From an uncultured Chloroflexia bacterium (GTDB lineage: Bacteria > Chloroflexota > Limnocylindria > Limnocylindrales > CSP1-4): a stretch of DNA of 64,000 bases. The translations under genes and the position numbers were made by a program. The notes under the pieces are model-generated. The model ran no database searches, was not told the origin of the DNA, and saw only the letters and a list, made by a program, of their open reading frames with translations. How positions within the stretch are numbered: the first letter of the stretch is position 1; the number at the start of each line of letters is the position of its first letter. This document shows, piece by piece, positions 1 through 9,321 of the stretch. The stretch lies in NCBI GenBank assembly GCA_963707215.1, contig CAVPPB010000003.1, forward strand, positions 448,001-512,000, written 5' to 3'.

Positions 1-292
1 CGATCCAGGCCCAGGCGATCAGCCCGACCGCGCGGAGCGGCAGGCGGACCCAGGTGGGCACGGGCCGGGCGGACCCGAGCGGGGGGACCGGCGCCGGGCG
101 ATCGCGCAGCAGGACGAAGGCGAACGAGAGGCCCACCGCGATCGCGGCCCCGGCCACGTAGACGACCAGCGGCAGCGGCGACTCGTAGCGACCCACGAGG
201 CTGTGGGCGAGCGCGGGCACGGGCAGGGCGAGGACGACCGCCAGCGTGGCCCCGGCCGCCGCCGCCCGTCGGAGCGCAACGCCGGAGGTCAC
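1..292 (-). CDS. Partial membrane protein (FedB/'fenitrothion hydrolase'-like family often found near copper genes); 3' end outside window
   Basis: Manual translation from GTG 292: signal peptide, then ALA|HSLVGRYESPLPLVVYVAGAAIAVGLSFAFV. GTGA overlap with the upstream stop at 289-291. Confidence 0.65.
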   Translation of the reverse strand, partial: MTSGVALRRAAAAGATLAVVLALPVPALAHSLVGRYESPLPLVVYVAGAAIAVGLSFAFVLLRDRPAPVPPLGSARPVPTWVRLPLRAVGLIAWAWI

Positions 293-672
293 GGCTCGAC
301 CCAAGGAGCGTCGACGATCCTGACGGCGACGTTGGATCCGTCCTCCAGCCGGTACGCGACGGCGACCGGCTGACCTGTCATGAAGTGGTCGTTCAAGTGG
401 AGCGCGTCGAACCCCCCGGACGACGTGTCGAGCGCGCCGACCCGGAAGACGATCGTCTCGCCATCCTCCGTCCGGAGCGTGAAGCCGCCGATCTCGGCCG
501 GCCCGATCGGCTCGACGGCGACGACGAGGCCCGAGGCAGAGCGCTCCCCCGCCCCGCAGCCGGCAATCATCAGGGCCACGGTCAGGGCGCCGATCGCGAT
601 CCGGCGGGTGGCCGGCGGGCGCATCCCAGGCGCCCTGGTCTCGACATCGGCGTTGGTCGCGGTGCCGCTCAC
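289..672 (-). CDS. Hypothetical lipoprotein (small beta-rich domain)
   Basis: C-terminal part of ORF 289..1305. Lipobox-like LMIAGC after a hydrophobic stretch; GTGA coupling with the copC stop (alternative ATG at 624). Confidence 0.7.
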   Translation of the reverse strand: MSGTATNADVETRAPGMRPPATRRIAIGALTVALMIAGCGAGERSASGLVVAVEPIGPAEIGGFTLRTEDGETIVFRVGALDTSSGGFDALHLNDHFMTGQPVAVAYRLEDGSNVAVRIVDAPWVEP

Positions 673-1289
673 GGGGAGGCCCGGCGTCGCGACCACCAGA
701 CGACGACGCCGGCGACCGCGGTGATGGCGATGGCGATCGGCAGCAGGACCGCCAGCGGGTCGTCCCCGCCAGCCGGCTGGGTCGGCACGGGCGTGGGGCT
801 CGGGGCCGGCGAAGGTGACGAGGCGGAGCTGGGCGACGGCATCGGCGATGCGCTGCTCGGGGACGGCTGCGGGCTGGGCGAGGGACTGGGTTCGGGCGGA
901 GCCTCGACCGTGAATGTGTACGTGTCGCGCGCGACGTGGCCGTCGGTCGCGACGGCCGTCCAGCGGACCTCGTAGGTCGCCGGATCGAGCGGCGGCAGGG
1001 CCACGATCATGGTCGTCGCATCCTCGGAGACGTCCTCCGGGCCACCCTCGGCGATCGTCGATCCGTCTGGGCCGACGACCAGGACCGACGACCGCCCGGG
1101 ATCGATCGGGCCGCTGTACGAGAGCATCAGCTCCGCGGGGGAGCCGACGACGACCTCGTCCGGTCCCGGCGACGCCGACACCACCTCGACGTCGGCCAGG
1201 GCCTGGCCGGCAACGACGAGCAGCAGCGCGGTCGCACCGGCCGTCGCGGCCACGGAACGGACGGCGGGTCGGATGGATCGGAGGGGCAC
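669..1289 (-). CDS. copC: Copper resistance protein CopC with Pro/Ser linker and C-terminal membrane anchor
   Basis: Signal peptide, SASP, L.PATYEVRWTAVATDGH..FTV motif, PS-rich linker and TM helix. GGAG upstream of GTG 1289. Confidence 0.85.
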   Translation of the reverse strand: MPLRSIRPAVRSVAATAGATALLLVVAGQALADVEVVSASPGPDEVVVGSPAELMLSYSGPIDPGRSSVLVVGPDGSTIAEGGPEDVSEDATTMIVALPPLDPATYEVRWTAVATDGHVARDTYTFTVEAPPEPSPSPSPQPSPSSASPMPSPSSASSPSPAPSPTPVPTQPAGGDDPLAVLLPIAIAITAVAGVVVWWSRRRASP

Positions 1290-1419
1290 GGCGAGCGATC
1301 TCCATGCAGACAGCGGGCTCCGGATGGAGGAGCCGCCGGTCATGGTACCGGACGACGGGCGGCAGGCCGCCCGTCGTCCGCGTGCGGTTCGAGGAGGGTT
1401 CGCTCGCGAGGCCGGTCCG

Positions 1420-2238
1420 CTATGGAGCGAGGGTCCCGAACCAGACCTGCCAGGCCAGGATCGTCTTCGCGAACAGGCTCAGGAACATGTAGGTCCGCTC
1501 GCCGAAGAGGTAGTCGCGCCAACGGCCGACCTTCCGGTACTGCAGGACCATGTTGAAGGCGAAGATGTTGAAGCTGACGAAGAGCGAGATGAAGATCGCG
1601 ATGACGAACCCGGGGATCGGCTCGGCGCCGGGCTCGGTCGCCGCCGTCAGCAGGGCGATGAAGATCACGAGCCAGGGGACGATCCCGGCGATGCAGCCGA
1701 AGATGTAGTGGTTCCACTGGATCCGCTCGCGGCCCTCGTTGGCGGACTCCATGCTCCAGCCGAACAGGTTCATCGCGGCATTCACACCGAAGATCGCGAT
1801 GAGCGTGCCGATCTCCTGGATACCGCTGAGGGTAGCGATGACGACGATCATGACGCTCGACGAGAGCGCGTACTCGACCCAGCGGGCGGGGTTCTGACCC
1901 CGGGCCAGCATCCGGTCGTACCAACCCCGGGCGGGGAAGGCGACCGCGAAGTGGGCCAGGGCGCTCAGCAGGAAGAAGATCGCGACGGCCGGGCCGATCG
2001 GCAGCTCGAAGAGCGTGCGCTGGGCCTGGACGAGCGTCTGCGCCTCGGTGTCGAAGGTCAGGTACGAGCTGACGACCGGGGCCGTCGCGATCGGGTCCCG
2101 CATCAACGACAGGGCCATGACGGCCACGAACTGGATGAAGTGAAGGGACGCCAGCGCCACGTTCCAGCGGAACAGGCTGGCGGCCTGGGGGGCGGGGATG
2201 GTGTCGGGGCCCGCGTTCGCGGGCGCGGCGGCGGTCAT
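1420..2238 (-). CDS. heR: Heliorhodopsin
   Basis: 7-TM protein with HeR signatures: LHFIQ (TM1 His), ALAHF (TM2 His), NPARWVEYALSSS, and GERTYMFLSLFAKTILAW containing the retinal-binding Lys. Confidence 0.95.
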   Translation of the reverse strand: MTAAAPANAGPDTIPAPQAASLFRWNVALASLHFIQFVAVMALSLMRDPIATAPVVSSYLTFDTEAQTLVQAQRTLFELPIGPAVAIFFLLSALAHFAVAFPARGWYDRMLARGQNPARWVEYALSSSVMIVVIATLSGIQEIGTLIAIFGVNAAMNLFGWSMESANEGRERIQWNHYIFGCIAGIVPWLVIFIALLTAATEPGAEPIPGFVIAIFISLFVSFNIFAFNMVLQYRKVGRWRDYLFGERTYMFLSLFAKTILAWQVWFGTLAP

Positions 2239-2358
2239 GGGCGAACCTCGCTGCTCGGGTGGGTGCGTCGAACCTTGTTCGATGCTTGCGCCCGTCCGGA
2301 TGGTACGCGAGGCCGCCAGGCCCGAGCCCGGAGGGACCCGGGGCACGCATCGGGCGGG

Positions 2359-2434
2359 TGGCGCCCCCGGCAGGATTCGAACCTGCGACCTTCCGCTTAG
2401 AAGGCGGCTGCTCTGTCCGCTGAGCTACGGGGAC
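2359..2434 (-). tRNA. tRNA-Arg (anticodon UCU)
   Basis: Cloverleaf GTCCCCG...CGGGGGC-G-CCA, anticodon loop CT-TCT-AA, T-loop GGTTCGAATCC. Confidence 0.95.
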
Positions 2435-2480
2435 GCGTTGACCAGTGTACGCGCGGTCTGCACGAACGCTCCGCGCCGGT

Positions 2481-4310
2481 CTAGCGCCGCCGCAGCTCCC
2501 GGAGGTTGTCGATGAGGATGAAGATCCCCAGGCCCACGAGGCCGACGAGCACGATCTCGCGCGCGTAGGTGATCGCCAGCAGGATCGCCGTCACGATGGC
2601 CAGCAGGACCACGACCCGGAGCAGGAGGGTCTCGACCCGCCGCTGGGCGAACGACTCGATCGCGAGGTAGCCGAGGCCCAGCACCATGACCGCCGGCACG
2701 ACAGGGAGCAGCCGGAACCAGAGGATGACGGCCAAGGCGATGACGAGGACCCCGACGCTCAGCGCGGCCCACGTCTCGGCGATCACCCGCCGGTTCGTCA
2801 CCTCGGGCGGCTCCGGCGACGCGGCGTGGGCCAGGTGAGCCCGCGGGTCGCCACGCCAGCCGGCGTCGTAGCGGATGAGCCAGGCGTCCGAGGCATCGAT
2901 GGCCGTCGCCAGCTCGGACGACCTCGACCGGAGCGACGCGAGTCGATCCTCACCGGCCCTCAACTCGGCCGTTCGTCGCTCCAGGTATGCATCGATCCCC
3001 TCGGCGTTGCTGAGGGCCCGGACCTCCAGATCGAGTCCCGGTAGGGAGGCAGCCAGGATGCCGGCCTCCGCCTCGACTTCGGTCCGCTCCCCGCGGAGCT
3101 GACCGATCCGGCTCTCGAGGACCACCCGGGTCCGCGACGGCGTCGGGACCTTGGCCAGCCCGACGAACCCCAGCGGGTCGTTCCACGACTGGCGGACCGC
3201 GCCGGTCCTGGTGTACTTCGGACCAGCTGGGGCCCGTTCGCCGGCCAGCCTGTCGCCGGTGTCGAGACCCCACAAGCCACGGTAGCCGTCGACCCAGGGC
3301 GTGTCGTCACCGATCAGGACCGGGCTCCACTCGACCTCCTGGCCCGGCCCGACGGCCAATCCATCACCCCTGGCGTAGTCGACGAACGGGACGCTGACCG
3401 CGCGCTGGACGGACGTCGCGATGTCGCCCGGATCCGGCTGCCCGAGCGTGTCGCGCCAAAACCGGCGGAGGGCGTCAAGCACCCCGTGGAGCAACTCCTC
3501 GCCGGGGAGCGGCAACCGCATGAGGTACTCGCCGCGCTCCAGGTAGGTGGCGTGCGAGCCTGCCCCTGGGTAGACGACCGGGTGCTCGCCCAGGAGCTCG
3601 AGCCTGGGGTCGTCCCAGCGGCGTCGCAGGTCGTCGCCTTCCTCGTCGTGGGCGGCGGCAGCGAACCAGATCGGTCGGACCTCGCCGTCCGGCAGTTCCT
3701 CGAGGATGACGAACGCCTGCTCCCAGTCGGCCTCGTGATCGTTGGCTCCGTCGAACCCCGACCGCCAGTCGTTCATCGCGTAGAAGAACAGGTACTGAAG
3801 GACCACCCAGCCGGACTCGCGGACGACCCGGCCGTGGTAGGCGATCCGTGGGTCGCGATCCCTGATCGCGTCGTACTTCATCGCCGCCGCGGCGGCCGTG
3901 CCGCCCGGGACCTTGCCCCGCACCAGGAGCGAGGCGACCGATGCGGCGTCGAGCATCCGCGCCAGCAGACCGACGCGAGCCAGCCGGCCCGGGGCGCGGA
4001 ACGTCGGCCGGTCAGAGCGGTTGTTCCAGCGTGTCAGGGCGATCGGGTCGAGAGGCTCCTGGACGAAGCGCATGAACCGGACCTGGCCGGGCGGCGTGCT
4101 GTCGAGCTCGCCGAGGCGATCGAGGGAGAGCTGGCCGACGGCAACCACGACGTCGCGCTCGCGGGCGCTCTCGCCCGACAGCAGGTCGCAATCGGCCACG
4201 TAGCCGTCGGTCGGCATGGGGAAGAACAGCTCACCTTCGGTGAACCGCAGGATCGGCTCGAACCGACGGAGCAGTGCCACGTCGGCGATGGGGTCGAGCG
4301 GGCCGGTCAC
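2481..4310 (-). CDS. Membrane-anchored protein with Vps62/NPP1-like domain, coiled coil and C-terminal TM helices
   Basis: RRFEPILRF, LQYLFFYAMNDW, NDHEADWE and GSHATY motifs, a heptad-rich segment and about 4 TM helices. GTGA overlap with the upstream gene. Confidence 0.7.
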   Translation of the reverse strand: MTGPLDPIADVALLRRFEPILRFTEGELFFPMPTDGYVADCDLLSGESARERDVVVAVGQLSLDRLGELDSTPPGQVRFMRFVQEPLDPIALTRWNNRSDRPTFRAPGRLARVGLLARMLDAASVASLLVRGKVPGGTAAAAAMKYDAIRDRDPRIAYHGRVVRESGWVVLQYLFFYAMNDWRSGFDGANDHEADWEQAFVILEELPDGEVRPIWFAAAAHDEEGDDLRRRWDDPRLELLGEHPVVYPGAGSHATYLERGEYLMRLPLPGEELLHGVLDALRRFWRDTLGQPDPGDIATSVQRAVSVPFVDYARGDGLAVGPGQEVEWSPVLIGDDTPWVDGYRGLWGLDTGDRLAGERAPAGPKYTRTGAVRQSWNDPLGFVGLAKVPTPSRTRVVLESRIGQLRGERTEVEAEAGILAASLPGLDLEVRALSNAEGIDAYLERRTAELRAGEDRLASLRSRSSELATAIDASDAWLIRYDAGWRGDPRAHLAHAASPEPPEVTNRRVIAETWAALSVGVLVIALAVILWFRLLPVVPAVMVLGLGYLAIESFAQRRVETLLLRVVVLLAIVTAILLAITYAREIVLVGLVGLGIFILIDNLRELRRR

Positions 4311-4774
4311 GGACTCGGCATCCCGCCCGACGACCGGGCCTCGGACAGCCCGACCGCCGCGCGCACATCGGTCTGGTTGAGGTAGAGCACGGTGACGACG
4401 TTGAGGGCCATCCAGAGGTGGTTCTCGGTGCCCTGGCTGTAGGTGTAGATGTCGGTCGCCAGGAAGAAGCCCGTGGTCACCATGGCCGCGAGCCAGCCCC
4501 ACCGACGGCGGCCCAGCAGCCCGAACGTCGATGCCAGCAGGGCCGCTACGACCAGGAGGATCAGCACCCCGGCGAGCGGCGTCTCCCTGAGCGACTCGAA
4601 GATGGCCGTCGGCAGCGCGATCAGGCGCCGGAGCGGCCCCGCGTCGGGCAGGATGGCACCCGCCAGGACGAGCACGAGCAGGACGGCCTTGAGGACCAGC
4701 AGCCCGGCCAGGACGAGGATGCCGAAGGGCCGCCGGCCGCTGCGCGCAGCAGCGTCACGCCCGGTGTGATCCAT
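4307..4774 (-). CDS. Small 4-TM membrane protein (DUF2127-like)
   Basis: RRPFGILVLA..., GLLGRRRWGW and YLNQTDVRAA patterns with hydrophobic helices. Confidence 0.7.
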   Translation of the reverse strand: MDHTGRDAAARSGRRPFGILVLAGLLVLKAVLLVLVLAGAILPDAGPLRRLIALPTAIFESLRETPLAGVLILLVVAALLASTFGLLGRRRWGWLAAMVTTGFFLATDIYTYSQGTENHLWMALNVVTVLYLNQTDVRAAVGLSEARSSGGMPSP

Positions 4775-4778
4775 GCGG

Positions 4779-5783
4779 CTATGGTCCACCAGCAGAGACC
4801 GGCCCGCTGCCCGCTCTCGCACGGACCGGCACCAGGACCCGCAGCGCGCGCGGTCGGCACTCGGCCTCGAGCCAGCCGACGCCGACGACGTCGCCGTCGA
4901 CCTCCACCGGTCCGTCGGATGGACCCTCGACCCGGACCGTCGCGGCTCTCAGCCGACGGGAACGCCCGCTTCCGGACGCTCCAGTCCGCTTTCGAAGGAT
5001 CGCCTCGAGCCCCCCGCGGATGCCGTCGAGCAGGCCGCTGCCCTCGACGAGGATGACGTCGAGGAGACCGTCGTCCGGGTCGATCGGGAGCGCTGGCCGC
5101 AGGAGTCCCGGGATGAGCTCGCCGCCGTTGGCGACCATCACCTGGATCGCCTCCGTCTCGATGACCTCGCCGTCGGCGGTCAGGCGGACCGGGACCCCGG
5201 TCACGTGACGGAGCATCCGGGCGCCGGTCGCGAAGTAGGCGTACCGGCCGAGACGCCGCTTGGCCGCGGCGTCGGTCGAGGCCATCAGGACGGAGTCGAA
5301 GCCGATCCCGGCCGCCACCGCGAAGATGCGCGGCTCGCTTGCGCCTCCGTCCGCGGTCCCCCACCTCGCCAGGCCGAGGTCCACCGGTCGAGGACAGGCG
5401 TCCGCGATGGCGCGGGCGGCCTTCTCGGCGCCGCGGGGCACGCCGACCGTGGCAGCGAACAGGTTGGCCGTCCCGGCGGAGACGATCCCCAGCGGGACAT
5501 CGCTGCCGGCCAGGATCGAGGCGACGTCGCGGACGGTCCCGTCGCCCCCGATGGCGACGACGAACGGCGCACCGGCCTCGACCGCGGCCGCTACCCGTTC
5601 CCGCATCTCGCGCCGCGACCCTGGGACGACGATCTCCGGCTCGCGGCCGGTCCGGGCCATGACCGACCGGCGGACCTCCGCGATGACCCGGTCGCGCCGG
5701 CGGGGGTCGTCGACGCGGGAGGCGGCCGGGTTCACGGTCACGAGCGCGCCATGGTCGCCAGGCGGGCGTGTCGGTTCGCTCAT
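4779..5783 (-). CDS. Diacylglycerol/lipid kinase family protein (YegS/DagK-like)
   Basis: NPAA, GGDGT, GTANLFA, GIGFD, DDGLLD and VEVDGD motifs. Confidence 0.92.
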   Translation of the reverse strand: MSEPTRPPGDHGALVTVNPAASRVDDPRRRDRVIAEVRRSVMARTGREPEIVVPGSRREMRERVAAAVEAGAPFVVAIGGDGTVRDVASILAGSDVPLGIVSAGTANLFAATVGVPRGAEKAARAIADACPRPVDLGLARWGTADGGASEPRIFAVAAGIGFDSVLMASTDAAAKRRLGRYAYFATGARMLRHVTGVPVRLTADGEVIETEAIQVMVANGGELIPGLLRPALPIDPDDGLLDVILVEGSGLLDGIRGGLEAILRKRTGASGSGRSRRLRAATVRVEGPSDGPVEVDGDVVGVGWLEAECRPRALRVLVPVRARAGSGPVSAGGP

Positions 5784-5925
5784 GCGGCCATCGTAGCGGC
5801 GGCTCACTGGCCCCATCGGACACCGCCGGCGGGACCCATCGGTCCGGTTGCCCCGGATGCCCTCCATCGACGAGGCTTGACCCATGACCCGACGTAGCCC
5901 TCGACACCGACCGTCCATCGTGGCC

Positions 5926-7962
5926 ATGCGTGCCATGATCTCCGGCCTCGCCCTGACCATCGCGGCGACGATCCCCTCCCCGGTGACCACGACCCAGCCG
6001 ACCCTGGCGGCCGAGGCGCCCGCCCCGATCGCGACCCCTAGGGCAGCCGGACCCGACCGCTTCTCGACGGCCGTCGAGGTGACCCGGCGACTCTTCCCGG
6101 CCGGCCCTGCCCCCGTCGTCTACCTAGCCTCCGGTGAAACGTTCGCCGATGCCCTGGCGGCCGGACCGGCGGCGGCGATCACCCGCGGAGCCGTCCTGCT
6201 GACCCTCCGTGATCGTCTTCCGTCGGTCGTCGAGGCAGAGCTCGTCCGGCTGGCGCCGGCGAAGGTCATCGTCGCTGGCGGTCCGGGCGCCATCTCCAAA
6301 TCGGTCGTGGCCAGGGTCCGGGCGGTCCTCGGTGACGGGGTCACCGTCGAGCGGCAGGCGGGACCGGACCGCTACGAGACCGCGGCCGCCGTCACCGCCG
6401 CGGCTTTCCCGACCGGCTCGACCCCCACCGTCTTCGTGGCCTTCGGCGGTGACTTCCCCGACGCCCTTGCTGCAGGGGCGGCCGCGGCCGGGATCGGCGC
6501 GCCGGTCCTGCTCACGCGGTTCGATGGTGTCCCACCTGCCACGGTCGACGAGCTCACGCGCCTGCGCCCGGAGCGGATCGTCGTCGTCGGCGGCACGGCC
6601 GTCGTCTCGGCCGCGGTCGAGCAGACGCTGGCCGCCTTCACCCCGACGGTCGAGCGGCTGGCCGGACCGGACCGGTTCGCCACGGCCGCTGCAGTCGCGG
6701 CTCGTTTCTTCCCGGCTGCCGGCACGGTGGTCGCCGCCACCGGTCTCGCCTACCCGGACGCCCTGGCGGCGGTGCCCCTTGCCGCCTCACTCGGGGCACC
6801 GATCCTGCTGGTGCGGCCGACATCGGTCCCCTCCCCGACGCGCGACCGAGTCGTCGCCACCGATCCATCCACGATCCTGGCCATCGGAGGTCCCGCCGCC
6901 GTCGCCGGGTCGACCCTCGACGAGCTGGCCGCCTGGGCGTTCGGACGTCTCACGTCGCTCCCGAGCGGGCCGGGCTACCCGAGGTACGACTCGCGCTACC
7001 ACGACGAGCGCGAGATGATCGTCGCCATCCGGGCGGCCGAGGCTCGCTACCCGCAGCTCGTACAGGTGTTCTCGATCGGCAAGAGCCACCAGGGCCGTGA
7101 TATCTGGGCCGCCAAGGTCTCCGACAACGTCGCGGTCGACGAGCCGGAGCCGGAAGTCCTTGTCGACGCGCTCCACCACGCCCGGGAGCACCTGACCGTC
7201 GAGCAGGCGATCTACCTGCTCGACGTCCTGAGTCGGGACTACGCTAGGGACGCCAGGGTGCGCTCCCTCGTCGACGCCCGCGAGACATTCATCATCTTCG
7301 CCCTCAACCCCGACGGCTGGGCCTACGACCTCACCGGAAGCCCGTACCGGGGCTGGCGCAAGAACCGCCAGCCCAACAGCGGGACCAGCTACGTCGGCAC
7401 GGATCCCAACCGGAACTACGACTACCGCTGGGCCTGCTGCGGCGGCTCGTCGGGCAACCCGGCGGCCTGGAACTACCGCGGCCCGAAGCCGTTCTCGGCA
7501 CCCGAGACGAAGGCCCTTGCCACGTTCGTGAACAGCCGCGTCGTCGATGGGCGACAGCAGATCCGGACCCACGTGACCTTGCACACGAACGGCGAGCTGA
7601 TCCTCTATCCCTACGGCTACACCAAGGCCGACGTCCCGTCGGACATGACCGTCGATGACCACGCCACCTTCGTGGCGATGGCCCGGGCGATGGCCCGGCT
7701 GAACGGCTACAAGCCCGAACAGTCGAGCGACCTCTACGTCACTGACGGCGACCAGATCGACTGGATGTACGGCCGCCACCGCATCTTCTCGTTCACCTTC
7801 GAGCTCTACCCGCCCGAGACGGTCGCCAAGCCGAACGATCACGAGCCTCCCGACGAGGTCATCGCGACCCAGAACGCCCGCAACCGTGGCGCCCTGCTCT
7901 ACCTTGTCGAGATGGCCGGCTGCCCCTACGCGGCCATCGGCAAGGCCGGCGCGTACTGCTGA
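5926..7962 (+). CDS. Secreted M14 zinc carboxypeptidase (carboxypeptidase T-like) with three N-terminal cell-wall-binding-2 repeats
   Basis: Three GxDR(F/Y)xTA...DALAA...(A/P)(V/I)LL repeats. Catalytic domain has HHARE, NPDG, WRKNR, D.NRNY, LH..GELILYPY and FTFE. Confidence 0.9.
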   Translation: MRAMISGLALTIAATIPSPVTTTQPTLAAEAPAPIATPRAAGPDRFSTAVEVTRRLFPAGPAPVVYLASGETFADALAAGPAAAITRGAVLLTLRDRLPSVVEAELVRLAPAKVIVAGGPGAISKSVVARVRAVLGDGVTVERQAGPDRYETAAAVTAAAFPTGSTPTVFVAFGGDFPDALAAGAAAAGIGAPVLLTRFDGVPPATVDELTRLRPERIVVVGGTAVVSAAVEQTLAAFTPTVERLAGPDRFATAAAVAARFFPAAGTVVAATGLAYPDALAAVPLAASLGAPILLVRPTSVPSPTRDRVVATDPSTILAIGGPAAVAGSTLDELAAWAFGRLTSLPSGPGYPRYDSRYHDEREMIVAIRAAEARYPQLVQVFSIGKSHQGRDIWAAKVSDNVAVDEPEPEVLVDALHHAREHLTVEQAIYLLDVLSRDYARDARVRSLVDARETFIIFALNPDGWAYDLTGSPYRGWRKNRQPNSGTSYVGTDPNRNYDYRWACCGGSSGNPAAWNYRGPKPFSAPETKALATFVNSRVVDGRQQIRTHVTLHTNGELILYPYGYTKADVPSDMTVDDHATFVAMARAMARLNGYKPEQSSDLYVTDGDQIDWMYGRHRIFSFTFELYPPETVAKPNDHEPPDEVIATQNARNRGALLYLVEMAGCPYAAIGKAGAYC

Positions 7963-8406
7963 CGCCGGGTGACAGCGTCGCTCGAGGGACACTGACCCAC
8001 CGCGGCGAGCGCCACACCGTAAGTACGGGATAAGCGCTGGCGCCTAGGCTCAGGCTGGCCCCAGCATGAGCGGCTCGCGGTCCGGGTACGTCCCTCTGGG
8101 GGGAACGCCCGGACGGTCGGGCGCTCGTCGCCGGGGCCGTTCGTTCGGTTGCGCGGGCACGTCACGGCCGTACGCGGACCCCACCGAGCACGGGGTCCGA
8201 CCCCGACGGGAATCGATGCCCGCCTCTCTTGGGGAAGCCCATCGGTCCCGAACCAAGGGCCCGACCGGCCCATGACCTTGCGGCGCTGCGGGACAATGGT
8301 GCCGAGGAGTCGGCGCCTGTCCGGGGCCAACCCGGCATGCGTCGATGTGCAGGCAGCCCGGGACCGGCGGATGCCCTCCGGGCCAGCTCATGGAGGAGGG
8401 CAGACG

Positions 8407-9258
8407 ATGACCTCGACCCGACGGCTCCTGGCCGTGGTGGCCGCCGTGACGATCGCGGTGGCCGCATGCAGCGATGACGGCGGCGGAGGCGACGACCTGT
8501 ACAGCCAGGTCATGGACGCCGGCAAGATCCTCATGTCGACCGATCCGCAGTATCCCCCGCAATCCGAGCTCGCGGCTGACGGCACCTACGTGGGCTTCGA
8601 CATCGACGTCGGGACCGAGATCGCGGACCGGCTGGGCGTGGAGATCGAGTTCACCACGCCGTCGTGGGACACGATCACCGCCGGCTCGTGGAGCGGTCGC
8701 TGGGACTTCAGCGTCGGCTCGATGACCATCACCTCCGCGCGCCAGGAAGTGCTCGACTTCAGCACGCCGTACTACTACACGCCGGCCCAGATGGCGGCCT
8801 CGACCGCCTCCGGCATCACGACCCTCGACGGGCTGGCTGGCAAGACGGTCTGCGTCGGTGCGGCGACCACCTACCTGGATTGGCTTAACGGGACGCTCGA
8901 CTTCGGCACGGAGTCGCCACAGACCACGCCGCCCGAGGGCGCCGAGGCGCAGACCCTCGACACCGACCGCCTCTGCGCCGAGACCTGGAAGGCCGGCCGC
9001 GAGGACTTCGAGGGCTGGCTCAGCTCGTCGACGACGGTCGATTCGGCCATCGCCGACGGTCTCCCGCTGGTCAAGGTGGGCGACCCGGTCTTCTTCGAGC
9101 CGCTGGCCGTCGCCTTCGACAAGAGCGGCCCGGATCCGACCAAGATGGTCGAGGAGGTCAACAAGATCCTCGACGAGATGCGCAGCGACGGGACCCTCAA
9201 GGGCTTCTCCGAGAAGTGGTTCGAGGGCCAGGACCTGACCGTCAAGCAGGGCGGCTGA
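8407..9258 (+). CDS. Polar amino-acid ABC transporter substrate-binding lipoprotein
   Basis: Lipobox VAAC; YPPQ, GFDIDV, MTITSAR and DFSTPYY motifs; SD GGAGGAGG. Confidence 0.92.
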   Translation: MTSTRRLLAVVAAVTIAVAACSDDGGGGDDLYSQVMDAGKILMSTDPQYPPQSELAADGTYVGFDIDVGTEIADRLGVEIEFTTPSWDTITAGSWSGRWDFSVGSMTITSARQEVLDFSTPYYYTPAQMAASTASGITTLDGLAGKTVCVGAATTYLDWLNGTLDFGTESPQTTPPEGAEAQTLDTDRLCAETWKAGREDFEGWLSSSTTVDSAIADGLPLVKVGDPVFFEPLAVAFDKSGPDPTKMVEEVNKILDEMRSDGTLKGFSEKWFEGQDLTVKQGG

Positions 9259-9269
9259 GCCGCCGATCC

Positions 9270-9302
9270 TCGACGGGGGCGCCAGACCGGCGCCCCCGTC
9301 GA
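9270..9302 (+). other. Intercistronic 14-bp stem-loop after the SBP gene (probable mRNA stabiliser or partial terminator)
   Basis: TCGACGGGGGCGCC-agacc-GGCGCCCCCGTCGA. Confidence 0.6.
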
Positions 9303-9321
9303 CGTTCCGGAGGGAGGAGCG

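Noticed and set aside
2359-2434. tRNA-Arg or tRNA-Glu as an integration site for an island
   Set aside because: No integrase, no duplicated tRNA 3' end that I could find, and no compositional shift in the flanks.
8200-8270. c-di-AMP (ydaO) riboswitch-like words (TTGGGG...CCCGAACC)
   Set aside because: The remaining consensus elements, such as GUCAGCUAAC, are missing.
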